A DNA stretch of 36,662 nucleotides from Octopus bimaculoides (lineage: Eukaryota), in assembly GCF_001194135.2 (NCBI RefSeq), contig NC_068991.1, positions 23,480,494 to 23,517,155 on the forward strand, read 5' to 3'. This document shows, piece after piece, positions 1 through 10,960 of this stretch. Position 1 is the stretch's first letter, and each line of letters opens with the position of its first letter. The position numbers and the translations under genes are program-made. Below the pieces are notes generated by a model that did not search any database, had not been told where the DNA came from, and worked only from the letters and a program-made list of their open reading frames with translations.

Positions 1-92
<92 letters not shown>
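1..92. repeat. (TA)n/(TATG)n microsatellite
   Basis: Directly visible. Confidence 0.98.
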
Positions 93-96
<4 letters not shown>

Positions 97-329
97 CACA
101 ACCATTTGTCACACTCTTTTTCAATCTAATGCACTTACCTACCACCCACCTTTCTGTTCCTTTATCCTTATTCTCTATCTTAAATTCACCTTCTACCTTG
201 ACTTCACATCTCTCTCTCTCTCTCTCTCCTTTTCCAGATGAAGGGGCCATGTATTCACCACTTCAGCAAGACACTTGCTCCTGTCCTTCTATCATACATT
301 CACACCCCTCAATACTATACCCCACTTAG

Positions 330-512
330 GGTGGATATGAAGAAAAACACCCAATACACACTGCAAAGTGGTTGGTATTAGGAATGGCATCCAGTCATAG
401 ACACCAAGCCAAAACAGACAATGGAGCTTGGTGCAGCCCTCTGTTCAGCACATCAAATCCTGTTGAACTATCCAACTCATGCCAGCGTAGAACATGGACA
501 TGATGATGGTGA
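330..512 (+). mobile_element. RTE-tail SINE or short 3' LINE remnant (family A)
   Basis: gtggttggtattaggaatggcatccag...ccaactcatgccagc...gatgatg tail, shared with 5345-5606, 6340-6600, 9700-9785 and with the LINE 3' UTR at 34735-34900. Confidence 0.75.
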
Positions 513-522
513 TATATAATTG

Positions 523-725
523 CATGAGTAAGCGTGTGTGTTTTCGTTTGTACCTCCCTTCATTTTTGACAACTTGTTTTGGTTTGTTTATGACCCTCCA
601 TAACTTAGTGGTTCGGCAAAAGAAACCATAAGTATTAGACTTCAAAAATAAGTACTGGGGTTAACTAAACACTCCAAAGCAATGCCCCAGCATAGCTGCA
701 GGCCAGTGACTGAAACAAGTAGAAA
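523..725 (+). mobile_element. SINE family 1, 3' half
   Basis: taacttagtggttcggcaaaaga...gactgaaacaagta, matching 23450-23665 and the reverse copy at 20670-20870. Confidence 0.75.
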
Positions 726-896
726 TCAACCTTAAAAAAAAAAAAATCAACCTTAAAAATCAACAACTGAAACAAGTAAAAGATAAAATCAACTACAATC
801 TTCAGTAATGAAGAAAAAAATGGTAAAATGTTACAAGGAAAATATGAATATTCAAAGATTCAATTTGAAAATTGTTTGAAAAATAAAAATATTTAC

Positions 897-994
897 CTGG
901 CACCAGATGAAGGCTCCATGTTGTGTGTTAATCCCAAAAGTTTCTCTATCTTCTCAACTGACTGTACGATATTTATTAAGCCTTGTAGACAAGC
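897..994 (-). CDS. COG2: COG2 coding exon 5 (gene continues beyond the left edge of the window)
   Basis: Acceptor ttatttctgttgttag, then ACLQGLINIVQSVEKIEKLLGLTHNMEPSSGA+AG, then donor gtaaat. 98 nt, phase 0 to 2. Matches recalled human COG2 MCVLRLIQVIRSVEKIEKIL. Confidence 0.92.
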
Positions 995-1070
995 CTAACA
1001 ACAGAAATAATGATAAGCATTAAAAAAAAACATGTCAGATTATGAAACCTCTTATTTTATTTCATTCTTT

Positions 1071-1300
1071 TTAAACTTTTTTAGCATTTAAACTGCCTAT
1101 ATCCAACTCAAATATTGTCTCTGTTTTATGTTCAAACTGGCCAGATTTGGCCTCTCACAACTACCCTACAATGTCATTCTGAAAATAAACAATCACATCA
1201 TCAAAATCTCAAAGCTACGATATAATGCATGAGTAATTCAAAAAAATTTGAATAAATAAGCATAACATTTGACCGAATAATCTGAATGCTAAAGGGTTAA
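1071..1300. mobile_element. piggyBac-like MITE (family P1)
   Basis: TTAA at both ends (1071-1074, 1297-1300). Imperfect TIR: right end reads ttaaCCCTTTAGCATT in reverse complement. A second copy lies at 32906-33116. Confidence 0.65.
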
Positions 1301-1469
1301 TGTCTTGTTTTGTCTTTTAAATGCAATGACTATCACAAGTATTAAAAAGATCAGCCTTCTCCTACTGTACATTGCAGGATATCATACCACAGTATGCGAT
1401 GGAGAGATGAGTGAGTACTGCCACTATCTATTCACCAGTTTTATTTATTTATGACTTTATTTTATTTGT

Positions 1470-1592
1470 GAAGGCACATGGAATAGTGGCTAGCATGTTG
1501 GATTCACAATCATAAAGTCACAGGTTCAATTCTTGGGTTAGATGGCATGTTACGTCTTTGATCAAGGCTCTTCATTTAACATTGCTCTAGTT
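1470..1592 (+). mobile_element. tRNA-derived SINE head (family 4)
   Basis: A-box-like (tagtggctagc) and B-box-like (ggttcaattc) motifs. Related to the reverse copy at 18740-18912. Confidence 0.6.
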
Positions 1593-1639
1593 AGGCCTTG
1601 ATGGAAACTGTGTCAAAGTCCATCAAATGGATTACATCT

Positions 1640-1740
1640 GCAATTCTAGCCTTCTGCTATTGTGTCACGCAGTGGGACTGAACCTGGAACCATGTGGTTG
1701 GTAAGCAAGCTACTTACCACACAGCCACTCCTGTGCCTAA
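1640..1740 (-). mobile_element. SINE family 1, tRNA-like head fragment
   Basis: Reverse complement of ggcacaggagtggctgtgtggtaagtagcttgcttaccaaccacatggttccaggttcagtcccac; many copies in the window. Confidence 0.8.
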
Positions 1741-2024
1741 CAACAAAGTATTTTAAAATTTATAAAAGTCTGAAGAAAATTACTGAAAATAATCCAAAAA
1801 TGAAAAACCAAAATTCATTAATCTTTTTGAAACCAACCTACTTTAAGACTACCTTTGATTCTCTGATACAAAACATCTCATTTTAAACTGTTCATATTTA
1901 AATTAAAGTATTCCATCATAATTTAATGTCAGGACATTTTGTTAAATTATGTTCCAAGCACCAGATCAATAATTATTTCTAACATTAGTACATGACCAAA
2001 AATTTTGAAGAGAATGGTTAGTCA

Positions 2025-2345
2025 ACCTCAGTACTTGATAGGTACTTTACTGATTCTGAGTGAATGAAAGGTGAAGCTGGCCTGAGCAGGACTTGAACTA
2101 AGAAAATAAAAACTCAGAAGAAATACTACAAAGCATTTTGTCTGATGCTCTAACAATTCTGTCAATTCACTACCTTTAAATTAGCTGAGGCTACAATAAT
2201 TATAGTTATAATGTTATTCTTTTTTAGATTGGCACACAGCTAGGAATTTGGGGAGAAGAGGTTAGATGATTAACTGGTACTTTATTAACTCCAGGAGGAT
2301 AAAAGACAAATTGGCCATGGTGGAATTAGAAGTCAGAAAATAAAA
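2025..2345 (-). mobile_element. Two decayed SINE family 2 fragments
   Basis: Reverse matches to the family-2 body (tgagttcaaatt...ctttcat...agtacc). Confidence 0.55.
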
Positions 2346-2452
2346 GATTTTATCTAACATACTAATGATTCTACGAACCCACTAATGCAAGATAGAATTT
2401 TTTTTTTAAATTTTCAAAATATTTTTCAAACAAGAAATAAATGAACACCAAC

Positions 2453-2533
2453 CTTTTTGTCCTTTATTTTCTGTCGCTGGTTAAGTTTCTCTTCCACAGC
2501 CTCTATAGCACTATCCATTGCAGAGGTGACATA
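2453..2533 (-). CDS. COG2: COG2 coding exon 4
   Basis: Acceptor ttttcttttacttttacag, then YVTSAMDSAIEAVEEKLNQRQKIKDKK, then donor gttggt. 81 nt, phase 0-0. Matches recalled human SLRSSVSEGIRAVDERMSKQEDIRKKK. Confidence 0.9.
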
Positions 2534-2908
2534 CTGTAAAAGTAAAAGAAAACATTGGAAAACATGCAATAAAAAGTTAAAAACTTGTTAGAGGTTCAGT
2601 GGCTGTGAAGCTAATGTATTCAACAAATGGCAGCAAATGTGTACACAAAATACATTGTATTTTAGCAGCAATTAGTTGCCATTCTTATTCTCAGAACAAC
2701 TAGATATGTGTGGGGGAGGCAGGGACATGATCAAGGAATTAACTTTCAGCAAAGAACTGAACTCAAGATCATCCAAGTCAGTGATCCAAAACAAATATTA
2801 ATCCAACAGATCTAGACAATTGTAATTAATGATGGAATCACAAAAAAAAAAAATTAATTTAATATAAAAAAAAGAAGCTGTGCTTTGTGTCTTCAAGACC
2901 AAAAGATA

Positions 2909-4013
2909 CTAGGTCATCCCATAAATAATGTGGTTTTTTTATACTTCTTTTTATTTTTCAAACTTAAGATAAACAAAGTTCTTTTTTAAACTAAAATATA
3001 CTCTCCTTTATTTTCTACAATGCTCTTCCATCTATCTGGTAGACTTGCAAGGCCCCTCTTCCAAAATTCACTTGTCTGTGATGAAAAATACTCCTCCAGT
3101 ACTGTTTCGACCTCATCTACAGAATTCATACTCTTTCCATCCAAATGATTTTGAAGACTGCAGAATAAATGATGATCAGATGGGACAATGTCTGGTGAAT
3201 ATGGTAGATGGGGCAGCGTTTCCCATTCAAACTGTTCCAGCCTTTGGAATGTCATCCTCACTGTATATGGCCGAGCATTATCCTGATGGAAGAACACTTT
3301 TTGTCTTGAAACCAAAGATGGTCATTTTTGTTCTAGCGCTGACTTAAGCCACTCAAGCTGCTCACAGTAAATCTCCTTTGGCTTGAGTTTAAAAGTTCGA
3401 AGTGGACTAAACCATTCATAACCCACCAAACAGATAACAACACCTTATGTGGGTGAAGACCTTCTTTAGCCTGAGGTGCCAGTGTTTCTCCTTTCCCTAC
3501 CCACTGTCTTCAGCGCTCGACATTTTTATAAAGAACTCATTTCTCATCACCAGTCACTATTCAGTCCAAAAAAGATTCATTCATGAGACATGACAGCAAA
3601 GAAGAGCACACATTCACTCTCTGCGCACAATTAGATTTGTGAGGAACCCATTGACCCAATTTACTGACTTTTCCGGCTCGGAGTTCTTGGAACCACCATT
3701 GACACTGGTTTACGCTTCTTGTCCAATTCCCATATACTGCATTAATATTCCTCGCACTTTCTGTTGTGTGGTTGCCTTTATTGAACTCATAAAGCAAAAT
3801 ATGCCGAATACAATCATTTGTCACTTCCATTATAGCTTTGAAAAAACAACTGTTAAAATCGAACTGCACTCTTCAAAACTTGCACTAAGAATAAGTACAA
3901 GGTAAAATTACTACCTGCTTTTATAGCAAGTTGATGCAGGTAGTTTATCCCGTCCCCCTCCAACTTGTAGTTCATGCAATTGAAAAAACCGCATTATTTA
4001 TAGGACGACCCAA
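2909..4013 (-). mobile_element. Mariner (DD34D) transposon, complete TIRs, pseudogenised transposase
   Basis: TA at 2907-2908 and 4014-4015. ~30-bp TIRs ctaggtcatcccataaataatgtggttttt vs ttgggtcgtcctataaataatgcggttttt (reverse complement). ATG at 3830 (MEVTNDCIRHILLYEF); WVPH; IVTGDEK with flanking stops; HQDNARP...YSPDIVPSD with 34 residues between the last two Asp. Confidence 0.95.
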
Positions 4014-4479
4014 TATTTCAGTCCTGAACATTTGCCAATTCTTTACACAATGTCAATACACTGAAATGTTACTCCCTCATCTTGGCAGAATACTCACTAC
4101 ATATTTACATTACAGACCAAAATAGAAAAACAAAACAAAAGAAAAAAAAATTAGTCTCCCCTCAAATGCTCAATTTCCCAATTCTTATGCCTTCCCATTG
4201 TTCCCACTGTGTCTCTTCCACACACTATATTAATTTCCACTCATTCCCTTCCAGATATGATAGTAAACCTCCCCTCCTCTCTAACAACTTTGCCCATATA
4301 ATATTTCTTTTCTGTCAAAGTTTCTTTCCTAAACAAACACATGCTAGAATTCAAAGTTATCCCCCACAGATTTCCCCTGTGTTATTACATTCTTCAACAC
4401 CACTTAAACTAAGTGAACTAAAAAAGTTTTGCTCCCTGTCCCTCATTATGACAACTGTTGTTAGCACTGTAGCAAACTC

Positions 4480-4800
4480 ATAAGAGGCAGAGAGAGAACA
4501 AAGGTTCGTTTGCCCGAACAGGAAAAATTGTTGATTTCTCATTGGTTAAAAATTACTGCCCATATACGAATTCTAAACTTTTGTTAAAGAAATCTTTCAT
4601 GAAGTACGGTTCTTAGAATTCGTGTATGAGCAGTTATAAAAACCCTGATTTTTGGGAAATTATTCAGTGATCGCTGGTTGTCACTCAAATCCACGACACT
4701 CACTCTCTGGTGTTCGTTGGTTGTTACTCAATGCCACGACACTCACTCTTTCGAGTATCATCTAATCTTTATGCCATGTTTATTACTCAAATCCAACAAG
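4480..4800. repeat. Unclassified structured element: 22-bp inverted repeat, small hairpin and 32-bp direct repeats
   Basis: IR arms at 4555-4576 and 4613-4634 (20/22). Hairpin gttcg-tttgcc-cgaac at 4504-4519. Direct repeats at 4675-4706 and 4718-4749 (29/32). Confidence 0.6.
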
Positions 4801-5344
4801 ATTGAATTGTTGTGAACGTTAGTATAGATTTTAAGTTATAATAACTATGACAAAATGTTTACTTTCCATTGTAATATTAATTATATCTTACAAATCAAAA
4901 GCATTATAAATAAGATACAGTATTCGCTTCCGTCCATCACAGCACAAACACAGTACTAAAGAATGTCTTTGAATTCACTAACATTCTATTTCAGGCATTA
5001 ATATCTCTTAAGTTCCTCCAGGTAATCATTTGACTGGTTATTTCCTTTTAGAGTGTCTTTTTTTTACTATTTTACTTTCTTAAACTCCTCCAAATCATTG
5101 CATATGTTCAACTACCCTTTGATTGCAATATGATTATTGTGAAGAATCTGAAGAATCACTGAAGAGGAGATAGGCAGTTGTTCGCAAAATGTTATCAAGT
5201 TTTCCTGGTGCTTTGAAGTAATCCACCATAGCAATGTTATCAAAATTTATATCACTGATTACAAGAGTATGAAGCTGAGAGTGCAACTCAGTTATGACTT
5301 CCAGTTGAGTCTTGCTGTCTTCCACACATACAGGCTTGTCCTTT

Positions 5345-5606
5345 CAGGTTCCAGTGCCACTTAAAAAGCATCTGTGCCAGTGTTGTGTAAGCACACCCAT
5401 ACCAGTACTGCATAAACGCACCTGTGCTAGTGGCACATAAAAAGCACCCAGCACACTCTGCTAAGTGGTTGGCATTAGGAAGGGCATCCAGCTGTAGAAA
5501 CCATGCCACAACAGACAGTCGGAGTCTGGACAGCTCCCATCAAACCAGCTCCATATCAAACCAACCAGCATGGAGAGTGCTGGCATTAAATGATGATGAT
5601 GATGAG
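5345..5606 (+). mobile_element. RTE-tail SINE or LINE 3' remnant (family A)
   Basis: gtggttggcattaggaagggcatccagctgtagaaaccatgcc...cattaaatgatgatgatgatg. Confidence 0.8.
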
Positions 5607-5789
5607 ACTTGGCACACTGCTACCATGTAACTTTTCACTGTTACATTATTTTACAGCTCAGTAAACTGAACTATAAATAGATTTCTGTCCTAATAAACTG
5701 AAACAGTAATTTGTTGAGTGCTTTGGCCAAGAATATAGTAAGCTTTAGAGACATATACCACAGAGACGACTTTTATTTCTAGTAGACTT

Positions 5790-6070
5790 AGATCATCCTA
5801 CCAGGGCTTTACTCTCATTCACAACAGCAACTGTGAGCTGGAAGAGGCATCGTGGCATGACTTGCACAAGATGGCTAGATGTGAATAAGGAAGATCTCCA
5901 GGGGCTCAATGTCACCTTGGAGGATGCAGAGGAGCTGGCAAGGGGCCCCCAGTAATGGAGAGCATTGGTGGACCTGGTTGGCTCTGTGCATGATGTCTCT
6001 ATGACCACTAACCTGGGATGACCCCCCCCCCTCTAGCCCCATCAAGCAAGAGCATGAAGCAAGCAAACAA
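5790..6070 (+). mobile_element. RTE-clade LINE 3' fragment
   Basis: Translates HPTRALLSF...WKRHRGMTCTRWLDVNKEDLQGLNVTLEDAEELARGPQ*WRALV, the RTE ORF C-terminal pattern. Ends in an (AAGC)n-like tail. Confidence 0.75.
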
Positions 6071-6339
6071 ATCTTAGATGACCACTGTGAGTTTCATTAA
6101 TACTAGAACCCTTCTGCCATGGTATTCCCAAGCCATAATCAAGACAATCTATCTAAGAAGTCAGATACTCCAAACAAACCCAACAGTATCAGAAAATGGT
6201 TCTGCTCAAATCACACAGAGGAGATATGGATAGGGTAAGCTGCAGTGAAGGCAACTTGTCCAGGAGAGCAGAAACTTTGAATAAAAGTTGATACAGGGTA
6301 ATGGGAACACTTTGGTCTTGCCACAGTAAAGCTCTCTAG

Positions 6340-6600
6340 TACCTGTTGCATGATATAATGAACCCATTCATATTGTAAAGTGATTAGTGATAGGAAGTGA
6401 TTAGTGATAGGAAGTGATTAGTGATAGGAAGCTCCAGCAGAAAAAAAAATGCAAACCTAGCCCTCCAACACAAACACACAACAAGAAAGATTAATGTTTG
6501 CAGTAGATAATAAAGGACTGCAACTAGTGATAAGATACTGTGAGAAGACCCATCCAACACATGACTGCATGGAAAATGGAAAAACAGACATATGATGACG
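6340..6600 (+). mobile_element. Family A remnant with internal 17-bp triplication
   Basis: aagtgattagtgatagg x3 at 6378-6428; ends catccaacacatgactgcatggaaaatgga...gatgac. Confidence 0.6.
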
Positions 6601-6745
6601 ATAGTGACGATGATGAGGATGATGATGATGATTGTGGTTGTGGTGGTGGCAGCAGTAGTGGTGGTGATGATGATGATGTTCACATGGTAGTGCTGCTTTT
6701 GATAATGATGACAATGGTGATGATGATGATGATGATGATTACTGT
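6592..6745. repeat. (GAT)n/(GGT)n degenerate trinucleotide repeat
   Basis: Directly visible. Confidence 0.9.
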
Positions 6746-6782
6746 AACTGAATCAAATTAAATCAAAAGAAAAAACACTTAC

Positions 6783-6848
6783 TAGGACCTCCTCTTTAAA
6801 CTGTCCAAGCGGTTCCGTTAAGTTATTTATCGCTTTATCCATTCCAAC
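6783..6848 (-). CDS. COG2: COG2 coding exon 3
   Basis: Acceptor tttctttattctttctag, then VGMDKAINNLTEPLGQFKEEVL, then donor gtaagt. 66 nt, phase 0-0. Human: VGMDKALNQLSVPLGQLREEVL. Confidence 0.95.
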
Positions 6849-6899
6849 CTAGAAAGAATAAAGAAAATGATCCATTTTATTATTCTAATAACTTCACTA

Positions 6900-7703
6900 G
6901 TTTCCACCGTTCTTGCTCCTTGGATGAGGAAATATCTTTCAGGTTGCAGAGAGCAATTAATTCCTTCCGGTCTCTTCAGTCTCGTGTCTGGTCCCAGCAT
7001 GGCATCGCAAGACAAACAAAAGTCGCTGTGTACTGTGCATGTGTACTGACATCGCTCCTCTACTCATGTGAGACATGGACTCTGTACAAACGTCAGGTAA
7101 GGGTCCTTGAATGCTTTCAACAGAGATGTCTCAGACACATTCTCAATGTTAGCTGGACCTCAAAAATTCCAGACACACAGGTCCTGAGGACAGCTGATAT
7201 CTTGAGTATTGAGGCAATGGTGCACAAGAACCAGTTACGTTGGTCTGAACACCTTATTAGAATAAAGGATAGCAGGATTCCTAAGCAGATGCTATATGGA
7301 GAACTTGTGAATGGAAGGAGACTCCAGCAGAAACCAAGGCTGCAATTTAAGGACTGTGTCAAGTCCTCATTGAAGGCCTGTGATATGCAGGACACTGACT
7401 AGGAGAACAATGCCTGTCATCGCCACAGATGGAGGAAGCAGGTTAAGGAGGGGATCGACACTTTTGAGAGAACACATAACCAGCATGAAGAACTTAAGCG
7501 AGCTGCACGAAAGCACACGGCTCACATAGTGAATGGGGAAAGCTTGGTCTGCAATGTTTGCAGTCGTGTATGCTTGTCAAGAGCAGGGCTTATTAGCCAC
7601 CAACGGAGCTGTAAATGCAAAATATAAGTTAGTCCTAGAGCGCACAATGTTCCTGAAGGTCGGCAATGGTCTTCCTCGGTCACGCGTGGACGGCCATCAT
7701 CAT
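6900..7703 (+). mobile_element. RTE/BovB-like LINE, 5'-truncated, 3' end intact
   Basis: About 235 codons in one frame with a single stop at 7400-7402. Motifs LLYSCETWTL, QLRWSEHL, PKQMLYGEL and a C-terminal zinc finger CNVCSRVCLSRAGLISHQRSC. Stop at 7625-7627; (CAT)n tail runs into the gap. Confidence 0.93.
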
Positions 7704-7704
7704 A

Positions 7705-7835
7705 NNNNNNNNNNNNNNNNNNNNNNNNNNNNNNNNNNNNNNNNNNNNNNNNNNNNNNNNNNNNNNNNNNNNNNNNNNNNNNNNNNNNNNNNNNNNNNNN
7801 NNNNNNNNNNNNNNNNNNNNNNNNNNNNNNNNNNN
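7705..7835. other. Assembly gap (N run)
   Basis: 131 N. Confidence 1.
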
Positions 7836-7842
7836 ATATATA

Positions 7843-8007
7843 TAATAGGTTTCTTTCAGTTTCTGTCTACCAAATCCACTCACAAGGCTTTCATCAACCT
7901 GAGGCTATAGTAGAAGACACTTGCCCCAGGTGCTACACAGTGGGACAGAACCCAGAACCATGTGGTTGGGAAGCAAGCTTCTTACCACACAGCCATGCCT
8001 GCACCTA
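7843..8007 (-). mobile_element. SINE family 1, 5' half
   Basis: cagtttctgtctaccaaatccactcacaaggc...cttaccacacagccatgcctgcaccta. Confidence 0.85.
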
Positions 8008-8129
8008 TGATGAGGATAATGTAATTACAAACAAATATCATGACAAATGAGTTGGTGATGATGATGGTGGCTGAAGTAGTAGTGGTGTGCTGATGGTGGT
8101 AATGAAGATAACAAATAATATTTACTCAC

Positions 8130-8291
8130 CAGATTGGTAGAAAGATTGACAAAATCAGCATAATCTTTGTTAATCAATTCTATCATGGCACTTCTAAGAA
8201 TTTTCAGATAAATATGAAGGTCATCTCGAAGGGTTTCAAGGGGAACACATCTCCGACAATCCATTACAAAGGTATCAACATTAAAGGTATT
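8130..8291 (-). CDS. COG2: COG2 coding exon 2
   Basis: Acceptor ttttttcag, then NTFNVDTFVMDCRRCVPLETLRDDLHIYLKILRSAMIELINKDYADFVNLSTNL, then donor gtgagt. 162 nt. Contains the hallmark COG2 N-terminal motif ELINKDYADFVNLSTNL. Confidence 0.97.
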
Positions 8292-8354
8292 CTGAAAAAA
8301 AATAGTAAAAACAGAGAAGTCAGGAATATGCATTACTGAATGACAACAGAATAA

Positions 8355-8570
8355 ACTGTAGTTCTGTAGTAGTTTAGCTCCAAGTCAGCTCTGACCCAGC
8401 AGATCAAAGACACTCTAATCACAACCATCCACTCTTTCTTTCAAACAAAATTTATCTAGAACTGAACTGTAATACCCAATGTGCCCTTCCATTTTAAAAT
8501 AGACTTGAGAGAGATTTTACTGCTACCTCCAGCAGGTCAGGAAACCACATAGAGAATCCCTTGGGATTTG
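8355..8570 (-). mobile_element. SINE family 3 ((CAA)n-tailed)
   Basis: Reverse match to the ctagaaatagcagccaaa...gctaaacaac family; other copies at 11635-12060, 13905-14150, 21300-21545 and 22560-22790. Confidence 0.6.
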
Positions 8571-9029
8571 AAGGTTCTCTGCTATTAGTTAAATACCATC
8601 ATCTTCTTTATGCGTCTAAATTGGCCATTTCTGAACATTTCATTAAAGCCTTTATTTAGCAGCTTTCAGAATTCATGAGTTCTTCAAGGAAAAGTCACCA
8701 CAACTATATACAGCCAATTAGAACCAGGAAATACTTCAGCCCAGGTCAGTTGGTGACCTTCACTTTCATGTTACACATATAAATACATGAGACCAAATTT
8801 AAATGGTTTCAATGGAGAAATGTTTTTGACAAGGAACCATATTTCAAATGGAATACAAACTGCTCTCCCAAACTTGTTTAGGCACAGATAGGCCCCATGG
8901 TTAAGTTTAACCCCCACCCCCAGAAGTTACAAATCTCAAGATATCTCAAGTTGAAACCAATCTTTTACAACAACTGGAATTGCCAAAATTGAACTTCTAT
9001 TGGAGGCAACAACATCTATTGGGGTGACA

Positions 9030-9330
9030 ATAACAACTCCAACTGATGTAACAACAACAGTGGAAGTAACCACAACTACTGCTTCTTATAAAGCAAATTG
9101 ATTGATTGGTAAACATTCACCCACTATCACACTACAACCATTACTACAATCTCACCACAGCACTAGAACTATTATTACAACAACATCAACATGCTACAAG
9201 ACTACCACACTACATCTACTACTACATCCACACCAACACACTATCACACTACAACCATTACTACAAACACCACAACCACACCAACACATTACAACTTCTA
9301 CTACAACCACACCACAATGCTATAATGACA
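9030..9330. repeat. Degenerate (CAA/CAC/ACT)n low-complexity tract
   Basis: Includes a 28-bp direct repeat cactatcacactacaaccattactacaa near 9122 and 9239. Confidence 0.85.
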
Positions 9331-10536
9331 AGCTCACAGATATACTGTTTCTTCTATCAGTACTACACTAACATTTGCTCCTCTGAATTAGTTAATTGAA
9401 AAGTCTCAGTACCCACACCTATTCTTCACCTTTACTTTATTCTCTTTCTCAAACATCATTATCTTTATATTATGTTCTCCTCCAGAGGTAAATGAATGTT
9501 AATCCTTCGATACTAACCCACCCCTAGTTCTATGGTACAAAATGTCTCTTTTGTTGTAAATCTAATTTGAAACCTCCTATCAAAATTTCATGTTAATTTA
9601 TATTCCAATCATCAGTTTAATAATGACCTAGTTATTTCCTTTCCAGTATTCCATCAAAAACATATCCATGGGAAAATATTACTTTGTTTGGAAATAGTCA
9701 AGGGTTGGTGAGAGGAAAGGCATCAAGCCATAAAAAAATCTGTCTGACCCATGTGAACAAGGGACATTAAATGATGATGATAAAGAGCAACAGTAAACAT
9801 TCTTTTGTCAGGGGCTAGTTAACAGATTTGCTATCATTTTAATATACTAAACTCATCATAGAATAATGAAGCTTACTCATTATTTTTCCCATAATAATCT
9901 GTGAAACAAATCACATTATTGTTAAATATATGATATAATAGACATCATAATACTAACCATTTCCATTAAATCAAATAAGGATTTTCAAGCAGCTAAAAAA
10001 CATTTTGTGAGCAGTTCCTGCTTCAACTTTATATTGTTAAAAATAACTACAGCACAAATAACAAATTTTTCAACAGTAGACTATAAAACAAATTTACATT
10101 AAGTAACAGAAAAGAATATTTAACTCAAACATCTTGGCTGCTTAACTGACAATATTTTCATCATCAAAAAACTGCACATAACCCACAACTTTTGGAAACA
10201 TCATCTTTTCATGCACAGTAATGTTGAAGCATGGAATAACCTGTAAACCACCTGTGTCACTTGTTAGTTGTCACAACACTACATCCTCCAAAAATTCCAT
10301 GCTACCTGAAATTCACCAAAACTACTCCAGACATACCTATGCACCCTTTCCTCCTTATAGCTCTTCTACTGTTCACTCTTCTGTCTTTTTGTCTTTTATT
10401 CTGTGCACTATGCATGTATTATTGCTGCTGTTTTTCATTATTTGACCTAATGCTGCTTTCTACTTCCTCTTCTAACCTTTCCCAGCCAATTGTAGTGGCA
10501 CTATATACAATAAGCTTATTATTATTATTATTACTA

Positions 10537-10960
10537 AGGTAATGAAATAGCAGAATCTTTAGAGCACTGGACAAAATATTTTGCTGCATTTGTTACAGCT
10601 CCTTACATTCTGAGTTCAATTCCTTTGAAAACAACTTTGCTTTTCAGCTTTTTGAGCTTGACAAAATAAAGTACCACTTGAGTCAATGTACTTGCCTTGC
10701 ACCATCCCCCTATTAAACTGCTAGCTTTGCATCAAAATTTGAAACAATTACTATTAAAGGTGGTGAGCTGGCAGAATCCTAAACATGTTGGACAAAATGC
10801 TTAGTGGCACTCCTTCCAACTCATTATGTTCTGAGTTGAAAATTCCTTTGGGGATCGATAAAAGTAAGTACCAGTCAAGTACTGGGGTCGATATAATCGA
10901 CTTACCTACTCCCGTTAAAATTGCTGGCCTTGTGTCAAAATTTAAAACATTTATTATCAC
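10537..10960 (+). mobile_element. Tandem pair of SINE family 2 copies
   Basis: Two consecutive copies of aaggtggtgagctggcagaa...ttctgagttcaa...aagtaccag...caaaatttgaaac. Confidence 0.8.

Noticed and set aside
38-329. ORFs in the track that run through microsatellites or low-complexity tracts (also 6384-6761, 9102-9399, 17379-17582 beyond the donor, 26112-26318, 34443-34946, 35978-36415)
   Set aside because: They are open frames created by (TA)n, (TG)n, (GAT)n or (CAA)n repeats and SINE sequence, with no protein-like content.
4675-4798. Repeat-spacer-like patterns (also 29099-29517, 30115-30480) considered as CRISPR arrays
   Set aside because: The context is eukaryotic, the units are too few or too degenerate, spacers are not unique and regularly sized, and there are no cas genes.
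4995-5021. 27-nt micro-exon-like segment on the plus strand (tttcag...CAG|gtaatc)
   Set aside because: It is antisense to COG2 and upstream of the SPATA7 promoter, has no partner exons, and such matches are expected by chance.
5134-5325. 63-aa minus-strand ORF in COG2 intron 3
   Set aside because: It has no pyrimidine-rich acceptor and no similarity to COG2; exons 3 and 4 already join in frame and colinearly with the human protein.
6100-6330. Possible RTE 5' UTR remnant or HDV-like ribozyme (gaaggcaac...ggagagcagaaactttgaat)
   Set aside because: It only loosely resembles recalled RTE 5' sequence, and I could not fold a nested double pseudoknot. An Infernal or RNArobo search would be needed.
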